Assembly: GCA_030264375.1 (NCBI GenBank)
Contig: JASCQW010000043.1
Location: forward strand, 90,202,732-90,266,731
Reading direction: 5' to 3'
Length of the DNA stretch: 64,000 bases
Source: Carcharhinus longimanus
Lineage: Eukaryota
Positions 49,897 through 62,827 of the stretch are shown here, piece by piece (within the stretch, counting starts at the first letter, position 1; each line of letters begins with the position of its first letter). Both the position numbers and the translations under genes were made by a program. The notes beneath the pieces are model-generated. The model worked only from the letters and a program-made list of their open reading frames with translations, made no database searches and was not told the origin of the DNA.

Positions 49897-50034
49897 NNNN
49901 NNNNNNNNNNNNNNNNCAGAGCCGTACAGGGAACACCCAATGTCATCAATGAGATGTTATTGATTGCTGGTTTCACAAATGCAAGACATGTGGCAATGCC
50001 GGATAGAATACCAACTGCAGCCTTAAACCGGCCC
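49897..50034 (-). CDS. acer2: Alkaline ceramidase 2, internal coding exon (exon 4; last ~20 nt in an N gap)
   Basis: Acceptor ttcttgtcctag|G. Translation (R)[39 protein letters not shown][gap], versus recalled human [46 protein letters not shown]. The 3' boundary is inferred. Confidence 0.93.
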
Positions 50035-50567
50035 CTAGGACAAGAATCGGATATTATAAACGGGCTGTTCTCCAAATGAGAGCAACTCAACCTATGCACA
50101 GAGTTTTCCCTCTGCCCCAATACCCTGTTTAATCTTTGTCATTAAATTCTTGATGAATGACTAGTTTTACTATTAAGTTTTCACTGTCTGACCACAAATG
50201 TGTGCCACAAGGCTGCTTTACATCCCTTATATACTTCATGCTCTGTAGCTCTCTCCATTATTCAGATGTTATTAGTCTACAGATATCAAACAGAAGCCTC
50301 AGAAGTAAATTTGCAGACAGCTTATTAGGAGTGAAAATAATGTTATCCAAATATTATATATGCACACACAAACACATATATGTAAGTAATGTGTGCAAAT
50401 ATACATATAATATAAGTACTTATAAAAATTCAAAGAATCCCATTGCCAAACATGGTAAAAACTGAAAGTAAACATAGCTCTAGAAATATCAAAACTAAAT
50501 CAAGTGTTCAGACACTCTAAGCAGAGGCACTGGCAAAATGGACACATTCCTTCAATACCAACACTAT

Positions 50568-51455
50568 GGCTGACATTTTCCCCAAAAAACTGTCGTAACA
50601 GCGGGAAAACTGGAGCAATCTGTGCCAGTCTGTCCAGCATGGTTTGGACTGCAATCATCCCATAGTCAGTCAGGAAAGGGGGATAAGCAGACAGATGAGC
50701 TCATTTGAAATGGCGCCCCAATCTCACTGGGAGACCCCCTCCCTTCCCCCATCACCATCAGGAACACCCCCTCATTGGCAGCACATTTCTCCATCCTGAC
50801 ATGGATCATTGACACTGGGGCCTTCCCAATGGGTCCCTCTTGGGGTTCTCAGCACACTCTCCTATCATGGCCCCCAGCATACCCCCACTCGTCATTCTTC
50901 ACCACTGCACAACCTCTCTTTATGGTCCACCGCTACATGAGCTCCCAGAATGAGACCCCCACCCCCCCCACCGCATAGCTCCCCACACACGAATCCCCTG
51001 CATAGCCCCCCCCCTTCATAGCCCCCCTGCAAGCCCCACAGACCCCACCCTTTGGCACCGCAGTGCCCAACTGGCACTGTCAGGGTGCCAGATGGGCATT
51101 GCCCAGCCACATCCCCATCCAGCCAGAAGCTTTAATGGCCTCCGAGCCTGCCAGCACGGCAGTTGCACCTGGTCTCCGTTAGTGGAGACTAGTTGTGATT
51201 TTCATCGATCTCGTGCCATACCTAAAGGTTGGAATGTCCCGGGAACTGGAGAATCTGTGGTCAAACGAGCTAAGCATTTTTAAATGCTAATCAGTCTCGC
51301 ATTCTTTGTGGCCGAGATCCGACCTGTGCCAGAAAGGGACTAAGATGATCGGAAATCCATTTGGCGCCAAGCGCAAAACTGAATTTTAGGTTCATATGCT
51401 ATTTTCTGGGTTCAGTGCAATTTGCACCAGACATGGCGAGTTGGGAAAATTGCCC
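50568..51455. mobile_element. Non-autonomous Harbinger-type element (GC-rich)
   Basis: Termini GGCTGACATTTTCCC ... GGGAAAATTGCCCC; internal similarity to 22260-22956. Confidence 0.6.
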
Positions 51456-52174
51456 TCTATGAGTTCACGTTTGTTCTAATTCAGACATCCTTGGAAAGAC
51501 AAATTAACAGATGTTACACTGTTTCAAGTTATTGCTAAAGTTGTGTTTTGAATTTGTGCCCATGAAATAATTTAATTGTATTTAAAAATAGAACTGGACT
51601 TGAGTTCAGTGAGTTTATCCAATGAGTAGATAAACCGTGCAAACCAGGAAACCAATTGCAAGTAGTGTCATGTTTGACAATTGACCTCAGTAATACTGGA
51701 TTGAAGAGAAAATTGGCCAATGTCCCTACCCAGCAATCTCTGCTAGTTTAATTGAGATTCCAGAGGATAATCAGTGTCTATGGAATCCAACCCAGAAAGC
51801 AGTGTCGTCAAAGGAGGAGGAAAATTGGCAGAATAAACTGAAAATTTCTAAGAAGATATTCTCATCATTTTTTACCCAAAATCAAATGGTAAAACAAAAC
51901 AACAAAATGATTTGTGGTTGACACAATGACCGAGAATATACCATGATCCCATAGCTAGTAATATACTCTGTAATTCAGCCAATGTATAAACATTAAAAGT
52001 TTAATTGTAAATGAAAACAATTAGTCTATGTAAATATTTTGTTTGTATGTAATAAATTATTTTAATTTGCTATGAATCTGCTGATTTCAGGTCAAGTGCC
52101 TTTTAGGTAACCAGGTTCAGATAACTAGGTTGTATATTTGCTGATCATAATATCCTTTCACCTCAAAGTCTTAC

Positions 52175-52796
52175 TGTGCATGCAGTGATCTGTCAGAGCG
52201 AGGAGGCACACTGAGCAGTGCCCTCCCCCCCATTGTTGGCCTCCCAGTCGCCAGCATTCCCAAACACTGACCAACTCTAAAACCACCCCGATTGCTGGCC
52301 TTCCGATCCCCCAACCCGCCAATTGCTGTCTCCTGGACTTCCCTGGGCCAGCCCCTATGTTCCACCAGTTTGCTTCTTGGGCAGTGCCAGGGTTACAGGC
52401 TGGCACTACCAAAAGGGCATCTCCCTTACACTTGACATCCCGGGAGGTCTCAGTGGCCTCTATTCCTGCCAGCCGGGTCAGGACACCTGTTCCTCTTTAG
52501 TGGGGAGCAGTCGTAAATGCCACTGGAGGGAACAATTTCTGGCCGGATGGGTGAGATGCTAATGGACTCAGAAAATACCAGCCCGGGCCTGCTAATCATA
52601 TTGAAATGCTCATCTCAATATGATAACCAGCTCTGTGCTGATTTCCGTTGTGGAATCAAATACGCAAAAAACGGGCGCCTGGGAGATGCGTGGAGGGCAG
52701 GGTGCACCAGCGTCAATCCTGCAAAATGGCCACCGCTGATATTTCCCAGCTCACTGTGCTGCTCGAGCATCGCAGTGGGCTGGGAGAATCTGGCCA
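52175..52796. mobile_element. Non-autonomous Harbinger-type element (partial)
   Basis: Right end GGGAGAATCTGGCC; GGCAGTGCC motifs; shared cagtggcctc...cacctg...ttagtgg block. Confidence 0.5.
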
Positions 52797-52844
52797 ATGA
52801 GTCTTATAAGAAATAATTCATTGCATTGGCTGATTTACTTGGAA

Positions 52845-53320
52845 TCATTGAATCATAAAGTGCAGAAGGCGGCTTCGGCCCATCAAGTCTGCACTGACAC
52901 ACGAGAAACACCTGACCTCCCACCTAATCCCATTCATCAGCACTTGGCTCATAGCGCTGAATGTTATGTCATGCCAAGTGATCATCAAGGTACTTTTGAA
53001 AGGATGTGAGGCACCTTGTCGCCACCACCCTGCCAAGCAGCACATTCCAGACCCTCTGGGTAAAAATGTTTTTCCTCACATCCCCCTAAACCTCCCTCCC
53101 TTCACCTTGAACTTCTGTCCCCTCGTGACTGACCTTTCAACTAAGGGGAATAGCTGTTCCTTATCCACACTGTCCATGCCCCTCATAATCTTGTATACCT
53201 CAATGGGGTTGCCCACTAAACCTTCTCTGCTCCAAAGAAAACAGCCCAAGCCTACCCAACCTCTCTTCATAACTTGAATGCTCCACTCCAGGCAGCATCC
53301 TGGTGAAACTCTTCTGCAAC
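52845..53320 (-). mobile_element. CR1 LINE 3' end
   Basis: IEVYKIMRGMDSVDKEQLFPLVERSVTRGQKFKVKGGRFRG, the typical CR1 ORF2 terminus. Confidence 0.92.
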
Positions 53321-53566
53321 CTCAATGCATTGGCCAAATATCCATTGTTAAATTATATAGTCACCATCGTCAACAATGCCCGCTAATGAAAACAATGGGA
53401 CTCCTCTCCACAAAAAGCAGCAAAATTCAGGACAATGTATTGTATCCCCAACAATTTTGAATTTCATCAACAAATGCTACCAACAGACCTTGGAGCATTT
53501 TGTTATGGTATGGTTTTTCTTGGAGGTTGATGTTAGAAAAGTTCTGAAAAACTTAATATATCCTAT

Positions 53567-53939
53567 TGTAGTGGCTGGCCCTTTAAGGGGCAACATTGGT
53601 TGGGTCATTGGTTGATTTCTGATTTCTGCAAGTTATCTTATCACTTTAGCCAATAGGTTGTGATGAGTACAAATGCAAGAGAACTGATTCAGAATCCTCT
53701 TCCTCCTCATAATCTACATTAAATGTTCAATCAGAGCCATCTGTTCACCGCCCAATCGGCCAATGTGGAATGAACGCAGGGTTCTTGGTGCAGAGCATGG
53801 GCTTTTGCAGCCAGATCTGGTCCTAGAGCTGGAAGTGTTACCATCACAAAAGTACCTTTATATATCATTATCTCCTCGTGAATAAACCATTATAGTTTAT
53901 ACAACTAACTGATGCTCACCAACTCCTACAATTACTACA
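53567..53939 (+). mobile_element. Solo LTR with a 5-bp target-site duplication
   Basis: CCTAT|TGTAGT...ACTACA|CCTAT; AATAAA at 53881; the 5' end (ggccctttaaggggc) resembles Gypsy LTRs. Confidence 0.85.
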
Positions 53940-54466
53940 CCTATCAAAGAGCATTACCTCATGAAGAACTACCATTAGAGAGCTGCATGGAATTGCCCAA
54001 AATACATCAGTTCTTAGACAAGTGGAGAAAACGTGCGTGGATAGGACATTGATTTGCATAATTTTTGCCCAACTCCCTCCCCCTCTCCACCCACCTGTAA
54101 CAGCTGAGTATGACATTGACCCACTTGCTGGCAGAGGTGTTCCTCCCAATCCAATTTTCAACTGGCAGTCCCTGTTTCTCAGGCAAGAAACAAGCAGGCA
54201 ACGTTTGAAAATCATCTCTAATCATACAGGACAGAAAATACCCTGATAGCCACAGAATAATATAGATGCCACTGAGGTGTACAACAAATGAGCGAAGGTT
54301 AAAATTGAACTAATGAAATAATAGCAAGTTTAACTTCTTTGACTGACTTTCATTTGACTGTTCAAAACTCAAGCGCTCCACTGCACAATTGCTTCAAATT
54401 TGCACAATAAGCATTCAGACTCTTAAAAGCTCTAAAATACAACAGCAGAGTACCAACTACATTCTA

Positions 54467-54589
54467 ATTTCTGCAAGTTATCTTATCACTTTAGCCAATA
54501 GGTTGTGATGAGTACAAATGCAAGAGAACTGATTCAGAATCCTCTTCCTCCTCATAATCTACATTAAATGTTCAGAGCCATCTGTTCAC
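54467..54589 (+). repeat. Near-exact direct repeat of 53622-53748
   Basis: 123 versus 127 bp, identical by eye except a 4-nt indel (ttcaatcagag versus ttcagag). Confidence 0.95.
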
Positions 54590-54764
54590 TGCTTGATAAT
54601 ATCAGCATCGTGACGAACTAGCTGGGCAGATCTGATGCAGTTAAACCTTGTAGATTAGATAAAAAGTTTTAAAGAGTATGCACAATCTTCATCATGAATT
54701 ACTGCCAGCAATGTGGCCAATCTGATAAGAGATTTCAAACATCAAAATATTTAACAATTTTATT

Positions 54765-55400
54765 TTAAATCGTTCATGGAATGTGGACACCCTGGCAAGG
54801 CCAGCATATATTGTCTGATCTGAATTGCCCTTGAGAAGGTGATAGTGAGTCAACTTTTAAACCTCTGCCACCCATGTGATGTAGGTATGCAGAGAGTGCT
54901 GTTACGAAGCAGCTTCCAGGATTTTGAATTTGCAACAATGAAGGAACAGGATATGTTTACAAGTCGGCATAATGTCTGACTTGGAGGAAAACAAGCTGTT
55001 CCTGTGCAGTTGCTGTCTTTCTCCGTCAAGGTAGTAAACATTACTGTAAAAGAAAACATTGTTGTAGTGCTTCATATATAAAATCCACACCAAAGCTATA
55101 GTGTATTAGTGGTGGAGGCAATAAATGCTTAAAGTGGTGGTTTTGGTGTCACTCAACTGAGCTGTTTATCCTGGATGGTGTGAAGTTTTGTGAGTATTGT
55201 TGGAGATGCACTCAGCCAGGCACGTGAAGAGATTTCCATTCTAGTCCTGACTTGAGTCTTGTGGATGGTGAAAAGCTTTGAGGAGTCAGAAAGTTTGACA
55301 CTCCTCCAGATTGTCCAGCCCTTGCCCTACACTTGTAGTAGCTACCAGGGTATTGATGGTGTAGGAATAAATGATGGCATTACCACTTAATGTCAAGGAA
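54765..55400 (-). mobile_element. Crack/Zenon-like LINE 3' portion (same family as 30305-31070)
   Basis: Reversed tail (tcgttcatggaatgtggacaccctggcaaggccagcat...aattgcccttgagaag) and reversed QVRT.MEISSRAWLSASPT motif. Confidence 0.7.
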
Positions 55401-56287
55401 ACACAAAAAAACCTGGCTGACTAATTCCTTATAATTTAAAAGTGTACGTAATGGGACTTCTGCAGTATTGACAAAGCACAGCCTTGCTAAACTCACAAAA
55501 AACTCCGTAAAGTCCAGACTAAGAGTGGTAGATAGAAGAGTTATTGTTCCCTCCTCCTGGGGCTGTAACATACTACGATATTAACATGCTATTGCACAGA
55601 GTTGGAAATGACTAATCTATGTATTAGTCATACAGCTAATACAGCTCGAAGCTATAAGCTATTGTGCCACATTTAATTTGGAAAAACTGGAATTCATTCG
55701 ATAAGTACACTTTTTTAAATTTGTGGAGGTTTTTAAATAACATATCTGAGATGGGAGGAAGAACAGCAAATATCTGATATCTAGCTTATCTAAAACAACA
55801 ATAATATAATAACCTTAAATTGTTTTCCGGAGTCATTACCATTTTGGAACATTCTTTGCTATAAAATACATCAGTTCAACTTCCCCTCCTCAGCTGGGAT
55901 TGTGCACAGTAGCATTTGTTGCTGATAATTTTGGTCCTGTAACTTTTCCCCCTTCCCTCTTAATATTTTGTAAACAGAACTGTCTTGTACAATTTTATTT
56001 ATCCTTTATCTGCAATTGCTGTAAATGTAATAAACATAATTTTGTTAGAGATTCTGACTTGAGGGCTACGGATGTGCAGCTTATATTGCATTAGTTTAAC
56101 TTTGGTGCATTACAAATTACTGTGGAGAAATTAGCAACGTAAATATTTTTCAATTGTGACATACACAGAATGACTACTGTTCATAATAATTCTCGCAATT
56201 GGTACCAGTTTAAGGTATTACCAAATTATTTGTAAATGTTATTGTGTTTACCTGATATACATTTTTTAAAAGTTCTATTTATTCAAG

Positions 56288-56445
56288 TTTAAAGTTTATT
56301 TATTAATATCACAAATAGGATTACATTAACACTGCAATGAAGTGACTGTGAAAATGCCCTAGTCGCCACACTCCAGCGCCTGTTTGGGTAAGTTTGGGAA
56401 AATTTAGCATAGCCAATGCACCTAACCAGTATGTCTTTCGGACTG
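56288..56445 (-). mobile_element. SINE 3' portion (alternative-tail HE1 subfamily)
   Basis: Reversed tail aaagtttatttattaatatcacaaataggattacattaacactgcaatgaag...cctaaccag. Confidence 0.7.
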
Positions 56446-56699
56446 ACCCAGATCTTCCATTCTCTGGATCATCCGAGGCTAGAAGTACTGCCCAAGATTC
56501 CTCGGAAGACACAATGCACTGACTCCCCAGAAATTACCCAGGAATTCGAACTTCCATTGTACAATTTCCCTCTTCTCTGGTAGTTATGGAGGAAATGTTA
56601 GACAGATAGTCTAACTCCTGAGTAAATATACAATAGATCCCACAATCACTGACACTAGCCCTCCCTACCCACAAAAAAATCAAGAGAAAAAAGGGACGG

Positions 56700-58395
56700 A
56701 GGAACTTAAACCATCATTTAAAGAAAATGTACTAGGAAAACTAACAGGACTAAAAGCTGACAAGTCTCCTGGACTTGATGGCTTTCATTGTAGGATCTTA
56801 AAAAAAGTGGAGGCAGAAACATTGGATGCATTGTTTGTAATCTTCCAAAATTCCCTGGGGGTCGGGAAAAGTCGCAATAGATTGGAAAATCATAAATCTT
56901 CTGTTCAAGAAAGAAGGGAGATGGAGAGTGGGAAACTATAGGCTGATTAGCCTCAAAGCTTTCATTGGGAAAATGATGGGATCCATTTTTAAGGAGATGG
57001 TAGCAGGGTATTAAGAAAATCATAATATAATCAGGCAGAAATAACGTGGAAATCATTTTTGACAAAATTAATAGACTTCTTTGAAGATGTAACAAGCAGG
57101 GTGGATAGAGGGGTAACAGAAGTTGTAGTATATTTAGATTTCTAAAAGGCATTTGATAGTGTGCTGGGTAAGAGATTACTGCAGAAGAACTCACAGCATT
57201 GGGGATGATATATGAGCACGGATAGAGAATTAACTATCCACTAGGAAACAAAAAGTGAGGATAAATGGGTCATTTTCATGTCGGCAAACTAGTGGAGTGC
57301 CAGAAAGACCAACTTGGGGCTTCAACTATTTACAGTCTATATAAATGATTTGAAAGAAGCGACCCACAGTATCATCTGAAAATCTGACTACAATACAGAT
57401 ATAGCTAGATAAACCAGTTGTGGGGAGAATACAATGAGCCTGCAAAGGGATATAGATGGGTTAAATGAATGGGCAAAAATTTAGCAGATGGAGTCTAATG
57501 TGGGGAAAATGTGAGATTGTTTACTTTAGTAGCAAGAATAGAAAATGCACAATATTATTTAAATGGAGACTACAGAATGCTGCAGTACAGAGGGATCTGG
57601 GTGTCTTTATACATGAATCACAAAATGTTTGCATGCAAGTACGCAAAGTAATTAGGAAGGCAAATGGAATGTTGGCCTTCATTGCAAGTGGGATGGAGGA
57701 TAACTTGTACTGTACAAAAGTAGGGAGATCTTCCTATAACTTTACAGGGAATTGGTAAGACCATACCTAGAGTACTGTGTGTAGTTTTGGTCACAGTATT
57801 TAAGCAGCGATGTTCTTGCCTTGGAAGCAGTGAAAGGTTTAATAGGCTGATTCCTGGGATGAAGGGTTTGTGTTATGGGGAAAGGTTGAGCTGGCTGAAC
57901 TTTACTCACTGGAATTTAGAAAATGAAAGGTGAACTTAATGAAACATAAGAATCTTAGGGGGCTTGGCAAGATAGATGCTGAGAGGATACCATGGCATAC
58001 AAGGCTACGGATTCAAGTAGCCTAGGATTAGAATAGATAGGTGCTTGATGGCAGACACAATGGTCCAAAGGGCCTCTTTTTATGTTTTCCTTGAGGGAAT
58101 CCAGCACTGAGGAACAGTTTAAAAATAAGGGTTTTGTCATTTAAGATGGAGTTGAGGAGGATTTGTTTTACTCAGTGGGTTTCTAGTCTTTGGAATTACT
58201 TTCCCAGGGAGCAGGTGATTTATTGAATATATTCGAGGCTAAATTGAACAGATTTTTGATTTCCAAGATCCATGGATTATGATTGATAGACAGAAAAATG
58301 GAGTTAAAGTTCCAATCAGATCAACCCTAATCCTATTGAATGGCAGAATAGGCTTGATGGGCAAAATGGCCTACTCCTCCTATTTCTTGTGATTC
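56700..58395 (+). mobile_element. CR1 LINE ORF2 (RT) remnant, about 1.7 kb
   Basis: LKADKSPGLDG, GNYRLISL, YLDF*KAFD, SGVP, YINDL, VQRDLGV, KANGMLAFI and LVRPYLEYC motifs with many disruptions, plus the 3' tail. Confidence 0.92.
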
Positions 58396-59293
58396 TACAT
58401 CATTGTCTTTCTGCTAACACTAATTGGAATCTTCCTAACTGCGTGCATAAAAACTATTACAAATCTAAATCAACACTTATCAGATCAATAATGCATTCCG
58501 CCCAAAAAAATTAAACAAATCACTTTTGGCGCACTCCCTTAGCAACTGTCTTTCATCCTCCTTTCCCAATCCTGGGATTCCTACAAGATGTTGACCCAGT
58601 GGCTGGAACTTAAGAGGTGGCAGGCTGCTTTGCTTCCATTGAGGAGACAGCGGGTGGCTTTGGAGCATGACATCGAGCAGCTATGGACTGAAGAGCATGA
58701 TTGAAGCCTCACCATCTGCAGCAGTCAGGACCAGCCACCTGACCGGCAACAGGAAAGACACTGGAGGAGTGTTGAAGTTGGAGCATGTGGGGCGGGTGGA
58801 ATTTACTGTAGGCATGCTGTAACATTTTCACACCAACAATCAGGTCTCAAATCTCTACTTATTCAGCTAAATAGAGCAACTAATGGAAAAGATTCTTTTT
58901 TTAAAAAAGTGTTTTAAAATGAATAATTTGAATAAGTTGTATTGACGAACATGTAGTACAAGGTCAAAGTAAAATTTATATCTTCAGCAAAATAGCTGAA
59001 CTCCAAAAAACATTATGCCTTGGTTTTGTCTATATAATCCTGTTACAATAATAATACTATTTGGTCTTGGTGATAACTTTATTTTATTTTTGGTTTATGT
59101 AACAATTTATAAGGCAAAGGTATCATTAGCGTAACCTCTGAAATGTTAGATGCCAGTTCATTACACTTTATCAGACTCTACTTCAATTCTTTGCACAACA
59201 AGACACCCCTTCCCAACCAGGCAACCAAAGCCATGACCATCATCATGTCTAGGGTAACCCTGCCCAGTGTGTGAAACTGCACACTTCAGACAA

Positions 59294-59680
59294 CCTATTG
59301 TATATACTTTCCCATAGATCATGACTTGTGTCAACTTTTGAAGCTTTGAAAAAATTTTTCAAAAAAGGGGTTGATCTATACGCCAAGTATAAAATGTGAA
59401 GTTCCAGAATTGGTGTAGATGATCGCCGTTTTGATATTTGAGGAGTGTTTAAAACTCCCTCGTAACTTATTGGCAAGCAGCAGGTATTGCCAGCTTTCTT
59501 GCAAGCACAAACTTAAAAGACAGCATAAGTCAAAACATGCACTTCTGAGCTGAAAACCTGAGGCCAACTCCCTATAGCCCTAAACATGCAGGAGCGGAAA
59601 AATAGGGGGTGTCCATTATACACTGAGTAGAGGCCTAAGCGTGCATTTTGGAGTCATATAATACATTGGGTCAATGGGGA
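59294..59680. mobile_element. Possible TcMar (pogo/Tc2-like) MITE remnant
   Basis: Degenerate tattgtatatact.. start and repeated ggttgatctatacgccaagtata / gtccattatacactgagt motifs. A similar motif lies at 48015-48040. Confidence 0.3.
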
Positions 59681-59913
59681 TTCCACAAAATGTATGCTAC
59701 TTTTACAAGACTGCAACTAATTCAACTTTTTGTTAATGTGCTCCAGATCTAATTTTCAATTGTTTGCTGTACTACAAACACAAAAGAATAAATGCAGAGA
59801 TACAACAACAGGAGACCAACAGTTCCAGTAGAGAGTCCAGATTTCCATTTCAACAAATGCAATGAGATGCTTCCTGACACCATCCCTTAATGGTCTGGTG
59901 GTAATTTTGAGTA

Positions 59914-60230
59914 CAGTAAGAAGTCTCACAACACCAGGTTAAANNNNNNNNNNNNNNNNNNNNNNNNNNNNNNNNNNNNNNNNNNNNNNNNNNNNNNNNN
60001 NNNNNNNNNNNNNNNNNNNNNNNNNNNNNNNNNNNNNNNNNNNCAACCAATTTATTTGATAGTAAATTGGTTGGACTTTAACCTGGTGTTGTGAGACTTC
60101 TTATTGTGTTTATCCCAGTCCAATGCCGGCACCTCCACGCCATGACTACTATCGGTAATTTACTGTGTTTCTTACTGTGTTTACCCCAGTCCAATGCTGG
60201 CATCTCCACATCATGACTACTATCGGTAAT
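59914..60230. mobile_element. Penelope-derived palindromic terminus with a ~70-bp tandem duplication (contains a gap)
   Basis: CAGTAAGAAGTCTCACAACACCAGGTTAAA is inverted against TTTAACCTGGTGTTGTGAGACTTCTTA. The unit ttctta..tgtgttta.cccagtccaatg..ggca.ctccac..catgactactatcggtaattt occurs twice. Confidence 0.7.
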
Positions 60231-62212
60231 TTTGAGCTCATGCCTCCCAATTTCTTACCTCCTTGCTCCTGGTTCCACTTACCCCACCAGGGGAAATAGT
60301 CCCTATACATCCTACCAACTCCTTTAAACACCTCAATTCGATCACCATTTAAGTGAGAGCTCATTTTATCATCAGTGATGGTGCTTGCTACGGTAAAGTG
60401 TTTCATTTGTACAGAAAATAAAATATTTAGTTAACTTACAGCTATTGTCAAGCTCATTTACTATTAGCACAAAGAAATCTGTTATGGTTAATGGAATCAG
60501 TGTGGTTTCCTTTCAGACTTTAATTTACATTTTATTCCTGCTGTACTCTCTACCCAATATATAAACTACAGCGGTTGTTTTAAAGTTAGTGATCCAACTT
60601 CCTTGTTTGAACAAGTTTCCCTGTTATTTTGAAGCACTACTTAGCACCTAAAGACCTTGGGTGCTCAGTTCCTGCTTCGTAAGTGCAGCAGGACGTGACT
60701 TCTAGAAACTTTTTGAAAGTGCCATTGGCACTGTTCTGGACACTGGAAATGGACTTATTTCAATATTTGGGATGTGCACATCCACACCAGCGCCTGCCCC
60801 AGAGGTTCTACTCAAAGGGCAGGGCCTAAGGCTATTAATGGGCCAAACATGAGAGTTTAAAAAAATGAAATCCTTTGGCAGGCAATCTTTTGGGATCAAT
60901 TATCTTAGTATGTTCATGTTTTTGGATCTTTTACTCGACTGATAATGGAAGCCACACCTCTTCACAGCAGACATTGGGCCTAAGATAAACAAGCCCATTT
61001 GGTGGGAGAGCAAATCTTGATACACACAAGGCCTACAGTCACAGCATCAGGGTTAGAAATGAATGACACTGCGTCAGTGAGGCTGGGTTCTCCCAGTGCC
61101 AGTAAGGAGCTTAATATTTTACCAAGGTCAGTCCCATGATATATTGCACCAACAAAGTTACTGTATAATAGCAATGAGAAAAGCACAGCTGCACAAAAGT
61201 TGTGGTAATAGCACAGTGTATTTGCAGCTGAAGTCCCTAACAACTTGGCAGTAACACATTGGAACTGATATTAAAACAAATTTCCAACTTAGCACCATTT
61301 ATTGAATATGGCAGAATGTACACAAACATCCTCCCATATTTGCAGTGTTTTCACTCTTCTTCACCCCTTTCCTGAAGTCACTGATTTGGCCAATTCTATA
61401 GGGGTTAGGTATCTTCTGCTTATCATTTAAATAGCCATACATCATGGATGAACCTACCCAAGTGGTGTCAGCTGGCAGTCCAATTGTGTAGCACATCACA
61501 GTCAAAACAGATTGTGTGTCCCGCATGCAACTGCACTCCCCAACAGGACAGGATGGAGGTTAGCAATTAACTATGATTAATATGGTCCAGTTCCATACTA
61601 CACAAGTAAGAAAAGACAGGGAAAAGAAACAGCAAATGCTGGAAAGCTGAAATAAGGTAAGGAGCTGCTGCAAGTGCAAAGCAAATTTGGCAATATCCGT
61701 ATAAGTATACAGCAATTCCCTCAACAGCTGCTGACAAATATACCATGCATTTCCAGCATTTCCTGTTTTTAATCATTACTGGACAGTACCTTTGTTAACT
61801 TAAGCATCAGGAAAAGTTCATATTTACATGACCATTCCCAAAACTCTTCTAGATAAACATTCATTTTTCATTGCTGCAAGTTAAATTTTTTTCCTATCCC
61901 TTGACAGGCAATGATTAAGAGTGTTTTTTTTTAAATATCAATACCATAATAAGAGTCTATAATCTTAGTTTATTGCACAAATGTTTACAAAAATGAAGAC
62001 AATCATGTTTTGGAACTTTATAAAGACTGAATTGTCAATTGGATGTTGGACAAGCAGACTAACAGCACAGAGGCAGTGAAAGGGTTGGTGGTGAGGTAGA
62101 TCTAGTGGTCCCAATATACATGTGGAATCTAACAGTGCATCTTCAAATGATTTAATCAGCGGCAACATTTGGATCAGAATCTCTGTTTGCTCTCTGTACC
62201 TACTTTGCTATT

Positions 62213-62333
62213 AAGTGGAGATACCGGTGTTGGACTGGGGTCACCTGACAAAGGAACAGCGTTCCAAAAGCTTGTGGATTTACTATCAAATAAACTTGTT
62301 GGACTTTAACCTGGTGTTGTGAGACTTCTTACT
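62213..62333 (+). mobile_element. Penelope-derived fragment with a hammerhead-like motif
   Basis: cacCTGACAAaGGAACagcGTTCCAAAAgcttgtg followed by the same terminus as 4620-4666. Confidence 0.7.
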
Positions 62334-62827
62334 CCTATTTTGCTATTCACATCCCAGAACAGACTCCCTTAGCTGAGTTGATTGCTTTAACTCTTTTTTA
62401 ATGACCTTTGTTAGGATCAAGAGTTGAAATCATTGCAATGAATGCAAATAACCAATTAATAAGAAAGGTGATACAAAATTCAAACCTCCTTTGTAAGTCT
62501 ATCAATTCATTCCTTACAAAGTTTCAAAACATGCTGCCAATGGAATTTTGTTAACTGACTTTGTTTTTGTAAGTGAGAAAACACATGAACTATGTTTATG
62601 TGGAAGAGTTGTGGGGACGGTAGTTATTAGTTTAAATATGAGGTTCACCTGGTACCTCAGTTGACAAAGGCATTGTTCAGTAATGATTAAAACAGGAACT
62701 ATATTGTACGTCTGTCAGAATCTGCTGAGGGACTTGCTTTGCATTTGTACAGATATTGACAAATATGTTTTGAATTGGCAGCAGCTCCTGACTTCATTTC
62801 AGATTCCCAATATTTATCCTCAAGGAT

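Noticed and set aside
59914-60230. CRISPR-like repeat structure
   Set aside because: Only two tandem units of a Penelope terminus, no unique spacers, no cas genes, and a vertebrate context.
60860-60900. IPKDCLPKDF resembling the end of ACER2 exon 3 (FPRRYLPKIF)
   Set aside because: The upstream sequence lacks SxxFHATL/QMLDE, has an in-frame stop nearby, and no suitable donor is present. Exon 3 was not found in the window.
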